Source of the DNA: an uncultured Alphaproteobacteria bacterium
Lineage (GTDB): Bacteria; Pseudomonadota; Alphaproteobacteria; Rs-D84
Length of the DNA: 64,000 nt
Reading direction: 5' to 3'
Assembly: GCA_947053455.1 (NCBI GenBank)
Contig: CAMRSV010000001.1
Span: 113,010 to 177,009 of the forward strand
Shown here: piece after piece, positions 40,171 through 50,435 of the stretch
Layout of the letters: every line of letters begins with the position of its first letter
Numbering within the stretch: the first letter of the stretch is position 1
Program-made: the position numbers and the translations under genes
Notes under the pieces: model-generated
Seen by the model: the letters and a program-made list of their open reading frames with translations, nothing else
The model's database searches: none
Told to the model about the DNA's origin: nothing

Positions 40171-41783
40171 GAAATAAGTGTTTCCAGTTTGTCGTTTGTG
40201 CGTGCAATCTCGTTGTCTATGTGCATGATTTCTTCGCGTGCCGACACATCGCCATTTAACATTTTTGACATTAATTCGCGTTTTTGTAAATTTAGTTTTT
40301 CAATATATTTTTGTGCCTTTAACGACACTAGATATTTTTCGGCACCTTCATGTGATAGATTAATGTCTGTTGTGTCACGGTCAAAATCTATGTTTAGCGA
40401 CGCCAGAAAATCGCCATATCTTTCTGCCAAATCTGGGTATGTGCCGATGATATAGACCAGTGTATTTATCGTGACAGTATCAATTTCCGGCACAGGTGCG
40501 GCAGTTTTTGTATTGCCGCCCCGCTTCCATTTATGCCATTGGTTGAATTTTCGTGAATCATATTCATTGGCGTATTCGCGACGCAGACCAGAATCTTGTA
40601 TTTTTTCGAGTTCTTTATTTAAAAACTTTTCCGCGGCTGCCCGCCCGCCCGGTGTCGAAACAAGAAAATTGCTGTTTGTTGTATTCCATAAGAAATCCAC
40701 CAATGGTGTTGCATCGTCTATAATTTTGCGCATCTGCGCTTCACCGCCATTTTTTAATACTTCGTCTGGGTCTTTACCGCTTGTTACAAAGGCAAAACGA
40801 ATGTCAGATGTATCGCGTAAAAACGGCATGACAATTGTACATGCGCGTGCGGCGGCCTTTTGTCCCGCTTTATCCCCGTCAAAGCAAAATGTGATATTTC
40901 GATTTGATTTGCATAATATTGCGATATGGTCTTCGGTCAATGCGGTACCAAGCGGCGCGACCGTTTCGCCAAAACCATGTGATTGCATTTGAATGGCATC
41001 AATCTGACCTTCGACAACTATGCTGCGGCCGGAACGGTAAATTGCGTCGCGTGCAAAGTTTAAACCGAATATTGTTTTGCGCTTGTGAAACATTTCGGTA
41101 TCAGTCGTGTTCATGTATTTGGGTTCGCTTCCATCCATGCTGCGGCCAGAAAATGCGACAATTTGTCCACGTGCGTTGAATATTGGGAACATTAAACGGT
41201 CACGGAAAAAATCGTACATTCCGTATTCGCCCCGCCGGCAAAGCCCGGTTGAAACAAGTGCATCCTGTTTCACGTTTGCCATTGTGTTTGCGATAATATT
41301 ATTTTTAGGCGCGTATCCGATGCGGTATTTTTTTATCATTTCATCCGTAAAGCCGCGTCCACGTATATATGAAAGTGCATGCGCGCCCGTGTCTTCGAAT
41401 AACTTTTGCTGGTATAATTTTGCAGCGCGTTCTGTAATTGATAAATATGTGTCTTCGCGGGCAACCTGCGCTGGGTCACGCGGTTTGTATTCTGGTAATT
41501 TTAATCCGGCTTGGTTGGCAAGTTCCGCAATCGCCGCGCGGAAATCCATATTGTTCGTTTTCATTGTAAACGAAATTATGTCGCCGTGTTCCCCACATCC
41601 GAAACAATGGTAAAACCCCTTTTCCTCGTTTACAGAGAAACTGGCGGTTTTTTCATTATGGAACGGACAGCAACCCCAGTAATTCTGCCCCTTTTTGGTA
41701 AGCGGTACACGCCGCCCAACAACATCCACGATTGACAATCGTGTACGCAGTTCATCTGTAAAATTGCGGTCATATGACGGCAT
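40164..41783 (-). CDS. dnaG: DNA primase
   Basis: Zinc finger CPFHNEKTASFSV...CFGCG. TOPRIM domain. 539 aa, which is short. Confidence 0.85.
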   Translation of the reverse strand: MPSYDRNFTDELRTRLSIVDVVGRRVPLTKKGQNYWGCCPFHNEKTASFSVNEEKGFYHCFGCGEHGDIISFTMKTNNMDFRAAIAELANQAGLKLPEYKPRDPAQVAREDTYLSITERAAKLYQQKLFEDTGAHALSYIRGRGFTDEMIKKYRIGYAPKNNIIANTMANVKQDALVSTGLCRRGEYGMYDFFRDRLMFPIFNARGQIVAFSGRSMDGSEPKYMNTTDTEMFHKRKTIFGLNFARDAIYRSGRSIVVEGQIDAIQMQSHGFGETVAPLGTALTEDHIAILCKSNRNITFCFDGDKAGQKAAARACTIVMPFLRDTSDIRFAFVTSGKDPDEVLKNGGEAQMRKIIDDATPLVDFLWNTTNSNFLVSTPGGRAAAEKFLNKELEKIQDSGLRREYANEYDSRKFNQWHKWKRGGNTKTAAPVPEIDTVTINTLVYIIGTYPDLAERYGDFLASLNIDFDRDTTDINLSHEGAEKYLVSLKAQKYIEKLNLQKRELMSKMLNGDVSAREEIMHIDNEIARTNDKLETLISI

Positions 41784-41786
41784 TTG

Positions 41787-42182
41787 TTATCTCTGTAGTG
41801 CGTGTTGCGCCTTTTCAAATATTTTTTTTGCACGATTCCCGTAAAAGCAATAGTTATTAAGATTCTCGTCTTCAACTTTTACACTGTATTCAGGACCCAC
41901 ACATAAACCAGAGTGGACAGCAGTTATACGCATGTCTTTTATATCCATAAAAATAATAGAACTACGAAACAGATTTATATTTTCCGAAATATTCTTTGGG
42001 GTACCAGACATCAGTTTTTTGAATAACAACCATTTTTCAAAAAAGTTTAATTTTTTGGGTGAATCCATTTTTTTAATATCTATTTGAAACTCTTGTTGAA
42101 TATTTTTCAATTCAATACGGTAGCGTATTGTCTGGATTTCATCTTTTATATTTTGAATTTTGTTTTTGATATATTGTTTCAT
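41787..42182 (-). CDS. Hypothetical K/I-rich protein tightly packed between topA and dnaG
   Basis: Overlaps both neighbours' termini by 4 nt. No recognisable domain. Confidence 0.3.
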   Translation of the reverse strand: MKQYIKNKIQNIKDEIQTIRYRIELKNIQQEFQIDIKKMDSPKKLNFFEKWLLFKKLMSGTPKNISENINLFRSSIIFMDIKDMRITAVHSGLCVGPEYSVKVEDENLNNYCFYGNRAKKIFEKAQHALQR

Positions 42183-44452
42183 TTTTTTATTCCTTTCTTA
42201 AACCGTGTTGATGGCTTTTTATTATTTATCAATTCAATCGCCGTTTCCAAATCGGGTTGTGATTTTACAGACACGTTAACCTTGTTTGACGATATGTATG
42301 CGCCATATCGCCCGGTCGGATAGAAATAAATCGGTTTGCCGGTTGCAGGGTTTTCGCCGATTTCAATCGGTTCAGCTTTTTTCGCGCCGCCGGCCAATAA
42401 TTCGCGCGCAATATCAAGGGTTATCGTTTCTGATGTGTATTGTTTTGCCGCGACATTTTTTTCACCGTTTGTAACATACGGGCCAAATCGTCCAACACGG
42501 AATGATATTCCATCGCCCAGGTCTATATTCGTTGGCGCACCCTTTGCAGATGATGTGTCTGTGTCGCTGGGTTTTTGTGTTTCGTCTGAACTGTCGTCCA
42601 TGCGACGCGTGTAATTACATTCCGGATATTTTTCACACCCGATAAATGCACCATATTTTGATAATTTTATCCCAAGTTTTCCGCCGCAATTTGGGCATAC
42701 GCCATCTGTATCGCCAAACATGTGCGAATGCATAAAACCATTTATTTCGTTTATTATTTCGGTTGTTTTAATATCGCGGGCACCGTCAATCATTGTCTTG
42801 GTTGGGCTCCAGAAATTGGACAGAGCCACAATCTTGTCCTGTTTTCCGTTTGAAACATCGTCAAGAGTGTCTTCGGTCTTTGCGGTAAAGTTTACATTGA
42901 CCAATTCATTAAAATATTTGTTTAGATACGATGCAATCACCCATCCGCCCGATGTCGGGTGGAAACGGCGTTGTTTGTCCTGCTCAACATACTTGCGGTC
43001 AACGATGGTGGACATGATTGTCGCATATGTTGATGGCCGGCCGATGCCCAGTTCTTCTAGTTTTTTAACTAGGGACGCTTCGGTATAACGGGCGGGCGGC
43101 TGTGTAAAATGCTGCTCGGGGTCAAGTTTTGTTATGGTTATCGTGTCGCCGACATTTAATGGCGGCAGTTTAGATTCCGCCGCATCGTTTGCGTCGTCGC
43201 GTGCCTCTATATATACGCGCATAAATCCGTCAAAGGTACGTGTTGTGCCAACCGCATGAAATAATGCGTTACGCTTTTCGGTTTCTATGTCCGCAGACAC
43301 TACGTCGAATTCTGCGTTCGTCATTTGACATGCTATCGTGCGTTTCCATATCAGGTCGTAAAGCTTTTCTTCGTCCCCGGAAAGCGCGGGCGCGTTTCCA
43401 TCAAAATGCGTGGGACGAATAGCTTCGTGTGCCTCTTGTGCGTTTTTTGATTTTGTTACGTAAATATTGGGTGTTTTCGGAACAAATTTATCACCATATT
43501 GCGCCGCAATATGCGCGCGAATTTCGGAAATCGCATCCGCCGAAAGGTTTGTTGCATCGGTTCGCATGTATGTGATAAGACCCTGTTCGTATAATTTTTG
43601 CGCAGCGTTCATTGTGCGCTTGGACGAGAAATAGAGTTTCCGCGCGGCTTCCTGCTGCAGGGTGCTGGTGGTAAACGGCGCGGCGGCGCGGCGCGTTGTT
43701 TTCTTTTTATCGATTGCTGCAACTGATGCATTTATTTCCGGCGTACCGATTTGTGCAAGTATTTCATCCATACGCGCACGGTTAGTAATGGACATTTTTT
43801 CAATTTTTTCACCGCAAATTTCAGATAGATTCGCATTGAATATTCCAGAAGTTGCCCCGCATTGCGCAGACAGCGACCAATATTCATCCGGCCGGAATGC
43901 CTCTATCTCGCGTTCGCGGTCAACAACCAGTTTTACCGCAACAGATTGTACGCGACCGGCTGATTTTCCCAAATTACGCCGCCACAATAACGGCGATATG
44001 CCAAATCCGATTAAATAATCCAACGCGCGGCGAACCAAATATGCATCAACCAAGTTTGTATCTATTTCGCGCGGGTTTTCAATCCCGGCCAGAACCGCTT
44101 TTTTTGTGATTTCATGAAATGCGACCCTATAAACTTTTTTACCGTTTAGCAGCTTTTTTGATTTCAAAATATCCAGTATATGCCAAGCAATAGCTTCTCC
44201 TTCGCGATCCGGGTCGGATGCAAGATAAATCGCGTCGGCCTTTTTCACCTCTTCTGTGATAAGTTTGATTTGCTTTTCCTTGCCCGGCATAATCTGCCAG
44301 CGCATTGCAAAATTGTTTTCCGTATCAACACTGCCATTTTCTGGAACCAGGTCGCGCACATGTCCGACCGATGCAATGACGCGCCATCCACGCCCTAGAT
44401 ATTTTTCGATTGTTTTGGCTTTTGACGGTGATTCAACAATAAGCAAATTCAT
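42179..44452 (-). CDS. topA: DNA topoisomerase I
   Basis: MNLLIVESPSKAKTIEKYLG TOPRIM start. C-terminal zinc ribbon CPNCGG...CEKYPEC. Confidence 0.9.
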   Translation of the reverse strand: MNLLIVESPSKAKTIEKYLGRGWRVIASVGHVRDLVPENGSVDTENNFAMRWQIMPGKEKQIKLITEEVKKADAIYLASDPDREGEAIAWHILDILKSKKLLNGKKVYRVAFHEITKKAVLAGIENPREIDTNLVDAYLVRRALDYLIGFGISPLLWRRNLGKSAGRVQSVAVKLVVDREREIEAFRPDEYWSLSAQCGATSGIFNANLSEICGEKIEKMSITNRARMDEILAQIGTPEINASVAAIDKKKTTRRAAAPFTTSTLQQEAARKLYFSSKRTMNAAQKLYEQGLITYMRTDATNLSADAISEIRAHIAAQYGDKFVPKTPNIYVTKSKNAQEAHEAIRPTHFDGNAPALSGDEEKLYDLIWKRTIACQMTNAEFDVVSADIETEKRNALFHAVGTTRTFDGFMRVYIEARDDANDAAESKLPPLNVGDTITITKLDPEQHFTQPPARYTEASLVKKLEELGIGRPSTYATIMSTIVDRKYVEQDKQRRFHPTSGGWVIASYLNKYFNELVNVNFTAKTEDTLDDVSNGKQDKIVALSNFWSPTKTMIDGARDIKTTEIINEINGFMHSHMFGDTDGVCPNCGGKLGIKLSKYGAFIGCEKYPECNYTRRMDDSSDETQKPSDTDTSSAKGAPTNIDLGDGISFRVGRFGPYVTNGEKNVAAKQYTSETITLDIARELLAGGAKKAEPIEIGENPATGKPIYFYPTGRYGAYISSNKVNVSVKSQPDLETAIELINNKKPSTRFKKGIKK

Positions 44453-44455
44453 TTT

Positions 44456-45601
44456 TCAACTTCCTTTGGCCGATAATTGCTGGTCTTTGTGAATGTGTGC
44501 GTTTTGGCAAAGTCCGAATCCGAACATTAGTGAAAGCAAGCTGCTGCCGCCGAAGGACATTAATGGCAGCGGTACACCAACCGTGGGCATCAGACCCAAA
44601 ACCATGGAAATATTTATAAAGTAATAAATGAAAAAGTTCAACATAAAACCAAAACAGATAAGTTGTCCGAATCTATTCCGGCATGTCTTGGCGCACCAAA
44701 ACAGCATCAATATTATGATACTGTAGAGCGCGATAAGCGCGAACGCCCCGATAAATCCTAATTCTTCACCCAGCATTGTAAAGATGAAATCTGTCTGCTT
44801 TTCCGGCAGGAAAGATTGCTGGGATTGTGAGCCATTCATATACCCCTTGCCCAGCATGCCGCCACTACCGAATGCGATTTTTGCCTGATTAATCTGGTAA
44901 CCGGCGCCACGTGCGTCGTGATCTGGGTTTATAAAGGTTATAATTCGCGCCCGCTGGTAATCATGCAGACCGCCAAACCATACAACGGGCGCGGCCAATG
45001 CACCCAAAATTGCGGCGATAATAAACCATTTTTTTTGCGCACCTACAATATAAAATATTCCGACCGTAATCATCCCAAGTGACAATGCAGTGCCCAAATC
45101 CGGCTGTGCCACAATTAGCAAAAATGGCACCAAAAGCATCACCGTCGGTACCAAATAATTTTTTATTTGAGACAATTCAACGGAATTCATCCATGCAAAG
45201 TACCGACCCAACGCCAATACTAATGCGATTTTTATCATTTCTGATGGCTGAATATGGATAAACCCCAGATTTAACCACCGTTGCGCGCCCATTCCGGTAT
45301 GCCCGACAAATGTAACCAGTATAATCATTAGTAATGCCGCCGCATAAATCCAGTATGCCGATTTTATCCATGTTTTTATGTTTGTAAACGCCGCGACAAA
45401 GAATACGACAAATCCCATGATGATTTTTATTGTTTGTGATAAAGCAAACGGCCGCCATGCACCACCGCCCGCGGAATATAAAACGACGATTGACGTGGCC
45501 AACACCAGGCACATCGGCACAAATAGCCCCCATGAAAAACGGTTCAGTTTTTCAGATATTGTCATCATGGATGCATTTGAAACGCGTGTTTGTCTTGCCA
45601 T
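44456..45601 (-). CDS. mrdB: SEDS-family peptidoglycan polymerase RodA
   Basis: 10-TM FtsW/RodA family, immediately downstream of PBP2. Confidence 0.75.
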   Translation of the reverse strand: MARQTRVSNASMMTISEKLNRFSWGLFVPMCLVLATSIVVLYSAGGGAWRPFALSQTIKIIMGFVVFFVAAFTNIKTWIKSAYWIYAAALLMIILVTFVGHTGMGAQRWLNLGFIHIQPSEMIKIALVLALGRYFAWMNSVELSQIKNYLVPTVMLLVPFLLIVAQPDLGTALSLGMITVGIFYIVGAQKKWFIIAAILGALAAPVVWFGGLHDYQRARIITFINPDHDARGAGYQINQAKIAFGSGGMLGKGYMNGSQSQQSFLPEKQTDFIFTMLGEELGFIGAFALIALYSIIILMLFWCAKTCRNRFGQLICFGFMLNFFIYYFINISMVLGLMPTVGVPLPLMSFGGSSLLSLMFGFGLCQNAHIHKDQQLSAKGS

Positions 45602-45605
45602 GGTA

Positions 45606-47381
45606 TCAGTTTCCTGTCTTTAATAGTTCACGCATTGTCGCGGCGGCAACGCGAGCAGCCGTTGAACTGGTGCCGCTATGTTCCGTTACGACGCATATTG
45701 CATACTTTGGTTTATCTGTGGGTGCATACCCAACAAACAGACCGTGGTCACGCATATTCCATTGAATCTGCTCTTTTGGAATCTTGCCGCTTTCACGTTC
45801 GGCCTTGGAAATGCTGCGAACCTGTGATGTACCCGTCTTGCCCCCCATACGCGCGCCGTTTACGTTTATCGCGCTGCCTGATGCTGTACCGCCCTTTTTC
45901 GTAACCTGCTCTAGGCCATTTAAAACAGCGTTTATATTCTTGCGCTGTAACCCCAAACTTTGGAATTTGGGAACCTTTTCCGTATTTAACAAACGTGGCA
46001 ATATGTTCCGGTTTGTTGCCGCGCGTCCCATCATAACCGCCAGTTGTAGGCAGTTTGTAAGAATATAACCCTGACCGATGCCGGAAATAATTGTATCGCC
46101 ATGAACCCAATGGGCACCGACATGTTTTTCCTTCCATTTTCTGTCTGGAATTATACCCGCCATTTCACGCGAGATGACGTCGTTCATATACTTTTCGGAC
46201 AGTCCTAGTTTTAACGCCATTTCTTTGATTGCATCAATTCCGATGCGCAGCGCCATCTGATAAAAGTATATGTCGCATGAATGTTTTAATGCCCCCGCCA
46301 GGTCTACGTATCCGTGTCCCTTGTGTTCCCAGCAATGATAACGCCGGTCGCCATAGTCCCAGTGACCGGGGCAGAATATTTTTTCATTTGGTGTGGTTGC
46401 CCCAGATTCCAATGCAGCCAGTGCAACTATAATCTTAAACGTTGAGCCTGGTGGGTAAAGCCCTTCGACCGTCTTGTTCATAAAGGGTTTTGCAAAGTCT
46501 GCACGCAGTGACGCAATATATTCATCTGCATCATCGGCTTCAAATTTGTTTGCATCAAAACTGGGTACCGACACCATCGCCAGAATATCGCCGTTTTCCA
46601 AATCCAGCGCCACACCCGCGCCGGAACGGTTCTGGCTCAATGCGTCGTACATAACCTTTTGTGCGCCAGGGTTTATTGTTGTGTGCAAATCAGTGCCCCG
46701 CACAGCTGGGGCGAACTGTGATTTATCCTCGCCCGTAACACGCCCCAGCGCATTGGTTATCATAACAGTTTGACCAGGCGTTCCGAACAATTGTTCGTTG
46801 AAACGCTTCTCTAGGCCTGTGATTCCGGTTGTATAAAACGGTGTGTTTGCCATCGCGCGTTCGGGGGCACCAACATACCCAAATATATGGGCACCGGCCG
46901 GCCCCATTTCATAATGGCGTGAAAATCCGCTAGAAACGCGTAACCCCGGCAGATTTTTAGCCTGTAATTTAGCAAGTTGAGCCCAGTCCGAATTTTCACT
47001 TAACAAAATCGGCTGAAATTTAGGCTGTTTTTTCATCTGCTTGCGTATTCTTTTTAATGCTTTTTCCGACAGACCCAAATCCACAGCCGCAATTTTTATC
47101 AGTTCTTCGGGGTCATTCGCTTCTTCTGGGACTATATATATTCTATATATGTGCCGGTCGCCGGATATTGTACTGCCGTCAGAGGCCAATATTGACCCCC
47201 GTTCAGGCATATCATGCTGAATCCGGAAAGAATTGCTTTGGCTTTTTTTCGTGTATGTGCGGTAATTAAACAACTGCATCTGCAGCATACGCAGCACAAG
47301 CACGGACGTTAAAATCGTTCCACCCGTTAAAAACAGGGCTGATCTGCGATCGAATTGGCGTGCGACTTCGGTATCAATCAC
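45606..47381 (-). CDS. mrdA: Penicillin-binding protein 2
   Basis: 591 aa. Transpeptidase motifs STFK, SCD, KTGT (KTGTSQV). Confidence 0.85.
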   Translation of the reverse strand: MIDTEVARQFDRRSALFLTGGTILTSVLVLRMLQMQLFNYRTYTKKSQSNSFRIQHDMPERGSILASDGSTISGDRHIYRIYIVPEEANDPEELIKIAAVDLGLSEKALKRIRKQMKKQPKFQPILLSENSDWAQLAKLQAKNLPGLRVSSGFSRHYEMGPAGAHIFGYVGAPERAMANTPFYTTGITGLEKRFNEQLFGTPGQTVMITNALGRVTGEDKSQFAPAVRGTDLHTTINPGAQKVMYDALSQNRSGAGVALDLENGDILAMVSVPSFDANKFEADDADEYIASLRADFAKPFMNKTVEGLYPPGSTFKIIVALAALESGATTPNEKIFCPGHWDYGDRRYHCWEHKGHGYVDLAGALKHSCDIYFYQMALRIGIDAIKEMALKLGLSEKYMNDVISREMAGIIPDRKWKEKHVGAHWVHGDTIISGIGQGYILTNCLQLAVMMGRAATNRNILPRLLNTEKVPKFQSLGLQRKNINAVLNGLEQVTKKGGTASGSAINVNGARMGGKTGTSQVRSISKAERESGKIPKEQIQWNMRDHGLFVGYAPTDKPKYAICVVTEHSGTSSTAARVAAATMRELLKTGN

Positions 47382-47829
47382 GTGACAGCCTCCTTATTAT
47401 CTCGGTGATGGGGATATATAATATTGTTGCCCATATAAACATCCAGCCGGAACGCAGCAGGTTTGTGGCGCTTATATGCGTCAGAAATAAAATAATGGTG
47501 CATATACCGAAATACGCCATAAATGCATGTATGCCATGCCGGTTCATTCGCGATATTTCGACAATTGTTTGAAACCCGTATGCGGCGTAAACCATGCAAT
47601 ATGTTGCCGTCCAGAACAGAACTGTGTCAAAATTATAGTCAATCAAAAAACAAAACAGAGCGCCAAACGGCGCGAACCACGGCACGGGGCGCACGAATGT
47701 GCAGTAAAATATCGGTATTATTGCTAATATGCCCGCTGGATTCCACACCGGCGCCGACAGACGCCACAAAAACACCGTCGCGAAAAACGGAAACAACGCG
47801 CGTAAAAAATTAATAATGCTTTTTTTCAT
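47374..47829 (-). CDS. mreD: Rod shape-determining protein MreD
   Basis: 151 aa polytopic protein in mreC-mreD-mrdA order. Confidence 0.6.
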   Translation of the reverse strand: MKKSIINFLRALFPFFATVFLWRLSAPVWNPAGILAIIPIFYCTFVRPVPWFAPFGALFCFLIDYNFDTVLFWTATYCMVYAAYGFQTIVEISRMNRHGIHAFMAYFGICTIILFLTHISATNLLRSGWMFIWATILYIPITEIIRRLSRD

Positions 47830-48651
47830 TTATTTGTATTTGTTTGCGTCATCAAATCGCAGAACCATGACACGCGATATCTGCGAAGGCGCGTGAACCC
47901 TTACGTCAGTTTCGTTAATCATGTCGCCGACGATTACTCCGGCCGGTAGAACACCAGAAATATTGCTGGTAACAATGCGCTGGTTTGGCGCGGGTTTGAA
48001 TTCGGGGTCACTGAACAGGCCAATTGTTGGTCGGTTTGTACCGTTTCCAATCATAAATCCGTATATTTCCGTGCCCGCGACACGTACGGCAATATTGCTT
48101 TTAGAATCCGTCAGTGCGCGTACACGCGAAAAACGGTTGCCGGCGTCCGTTATGATTCCGCCCAGAAATCCGTCCGTCGTAATGACAATCATGCCATTTT
48201 CAATTCCATGGTCTGTACCACGGTTTATCATAAATGTTTCATGGTTCAGAGCCGTATTGTCATGTATTACGTCCGCAATTATAGATGCGGTCGGTCGCGC
48301 ATTTATTAAATCAAGTTCACGGGTCAGTTTCTGGTTTTCATCAATTGCAATGCGGCATTCGTTCTGGTTTAGCAGCGCCGCGTTAAGCCGCGCGCGCAAT
48401 TCTTCGTTTTCTGCGCGTATTGATGCCAGTTCGCGCATATTTGTTGCCGCGCGCCCGATTGCGCGTACAGGCCACGTGATGATGTCACCTACCAAGTTTG
48501 CTGTTGGAACAACTACATGCGCCATGGCATTCATTATGCGATAATCTGGTTTTGCAATCATTATATATGTGAACAATAACGGCAAAACCGCCGCAGATGC
48601 CGCAGATTTTATCAGCGCATGCGCCTTTGAAGATAATTTATTAGCTTTCAT
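47830..48651 (-). CDS. mreC: Rod shape-determining protein MreC
   Basis: N-terminal TM, coiled coil, beta domains. 273 aa. Confidence 0.7.
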   Translation of the reverse strand: MKANKLSSKAHALIKSAASAAVLPLLFTYIMIAKPDYRIMNAMAHVVVPTANLVGDIITWPVRAIGRAATNMRELASIRAENEELRARLNAALLNQNECRIAIDENQKLTRELDLINARPTASIIADVIHDNTALNHETFMINRGTDHGIENGMIVITTDGFLGGIITDAGNRFSRVRALTDSKSNIAVRVAGTEIYGFMIGNGTNRPTIGLFSDPEFKPAPNQRIVTSNISGVLPAGVIVGDMINETDVRVHAPSQISRVMVLRFDDANKYK

Positions 48652-48790
48652 TAAATGACACTTTAATAATTAAAATGAAAACATTCAATAAAAACTTGAT
48701 TTTTCCATTGTTTATGTCACAATAGCCCGTGCATAAGTAAATCCAAAGTGGCAAATTGGCTGCCACCAGGATAAGAAAAGAGGTAGAAAA

Positions 48791-48997
48791 ATGCCAAAAT
48801 TGAAAACAAAGTCGTACTTGAAAAAGCGCGCATCTATGACTGCGACCGGAAAAATCCGTGTTGCCAGAAATGCCCACAAAAAATTACTGCGTAAGAAATC
48901 GGCCCGTGCAAACAATGCCGGATCAAAGCCGCAGTATCTGAACGAAAACATGGTCGGTCAGGCAAGAATCTTGGCCCCATATGGTCTGAAAAAATAA
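48791..48997 (+). CDS. rpmI: Ribosomal protein bL35
   Basis: MPKLKTKSYLKKR... Confidence 0.85.
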   Translation: MPKLKTKSYLKKRASMTATGKIRVARNAHKKLLRKKSARANNAGSKPQYLNENMVGQARILAPYGLKK

Positions 48998-49012
48998 TAA
49001 GGGGGTAGATTC

Positions 49013-49381
49013 ATGGCAAGAGTTAAACGCGGAACAACCGTAAAACAGAAACATAACAAGATATTGGCGCGTGCAAAGGGATATCTGGGTCGTCACAGCA
49101 CAACATACCGTGCCGCACGCGAAAAAACAGAAAAGGCGGGTCAGTACGCATATCGCGATCGTCGTGTTAAAAAACGCGAATTCCGTGGACTGTGGATTGT
49201 CCGCATCAATGCAGCATGCCGTATGAACGGCCTGACATATAGTCAGTTCATGAACGGTCTGAAAAAGGCCGGTGTCGCCCTGGATCGCAAGGTTCTGGCC
49301 GAAATGGCATACGCAGGTGACGAAAATTTCACCAAATTGCTGGAAACTGCAAAACGATTTAACAGCACTGAATCCAAATAA
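49013..49381 (+). CDS. rplT: Ribosomal protein bL20
   Basis: [24 protein letters not shown]... Confidence 0.9.
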   Translation: MARVKRGTTVKQKHNKILARAKGYLGRHSTTYRAAREKTEKAGQYAYRDRRVKKREFRGLWIVRINAACRMNGLTYSQFMNGLKKAGVALDRKVLAEMAYAGDENFTKLLETAKRFNSTESK

Positions 49382-49458
49382 TCGCTTGGCGGTGGTGTTT
49401 CGTTTTGTAATAATAAAGCCGTCAAATGACGGCTTTTTAATTATTCGGGGTTAATAAA

Positions 49459-50418
49459 ATGCAGGAACAGATTAAAAATATACAAACGTTGGAAGATTTA
49501 CAGGCGCTTTATTCGTCAGTCTTTGGCAAAAATGGTTCAATGACTGCAAGGTTGCGTGAAATGAAGAATCTGGACAATGATGCGCGTGCGGCACTTAATG
49601 CGGAAAACGTGATGCTGCGTGAATTATTCAAAACGCGCCAGACGGAAATTGAAAATGCGGTGATATTGGCTGGTCTTGAAAAGCAGAAACTGGATTCAAC
49701 GCTAAATCCAATGCCGGAAAATCGCGGGACGCTGCATCCGTTGACCAAATCGTTATGTGAAATTTCTGCGATTTTGGAATCTTTTGGGTATGAAATGCGC
49801 ACCGGTCCCGAGGTTGAAGACGACTGGCACAACTTTACGGCACTAAACACCCCAGCGCACCACCCTGCGCGCGACATGCAGGACACTTTCTTTTTAGAAA
49901 ACGGAAACGTTTTGCGTACCCAGACATCTGCCATTCAAATTCGCGCAATGGAGACGGACGGGGTTCCAATCAAAATGTTCGGTATTGGCGCCACATATCG
50001 CAAGGAAATGGATGCAACCCATTCGCCCATGTTCCATCAAATAGAGGGACTTTACATCGACAAGAATGTAACAATGTCTGATTTGATTGGTGATATTCGC
50101 GCATTTTTAAAGAGTTTTTTCGAATTGGATGATGTAGAACTGCGTATTCGGCCGTCTTATTTTCCGTTTACGGACCCCAGTATAGAGGTTGATATTAAGT
50201 GGCACGGCGGTAAACTGGACGGAAAGTGGTTGGAAATCATGGGGGCCGGAATGGTTCATCCAAATGTTTTGAAAAATTGTGGGATAAATCCAGATGAATA
50301 TCAGGGTTTTGCATTTGGTTTTGGCTGGGATAGATTGGCCATGCTGAAATACGGGTTGGATGATTTGCGCGAATTTTATAACGGCGATGTGCGCTGGTTG
50401 CATAACAGCGGGTTTTAA
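49459..50418 (+). CDS. pheS: Phenylalanine--tRNA ligase alpha subunit
   Basis: Class II motifs. FHQIEGL. Confidence 0.9.
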   Translation: MQEQIKNIQTLEDLQALYSSVFGKNGSMTARLREMKNLDNDARAALNAENVMLRELFKTRQTEIENAVILAGLEKQKLDSTLNPMPENRGTLHPLTKSLCEISAILESFGYEMRTGPEVEDDWHNFTALNTPAHHPARDMQDTFFLENGNVLRTQTSAIQIRAMETDGVPIKMFGIGATYRKEMDATHSPMFHQIEGLYIDKNVTMSDLIGDIRAFLKSFFELDDVELRIRPSYFPFTDPSIEVDIKWHGGKLDGKWLEIMGAGMVHPNVLKNCGINPDEYQGFAFGFGWDRLAMLKYGLDDLREFYNGDVRWLHNSGF

Positions 50419-50435
50419 AACGAAAGGAAGTTGAT

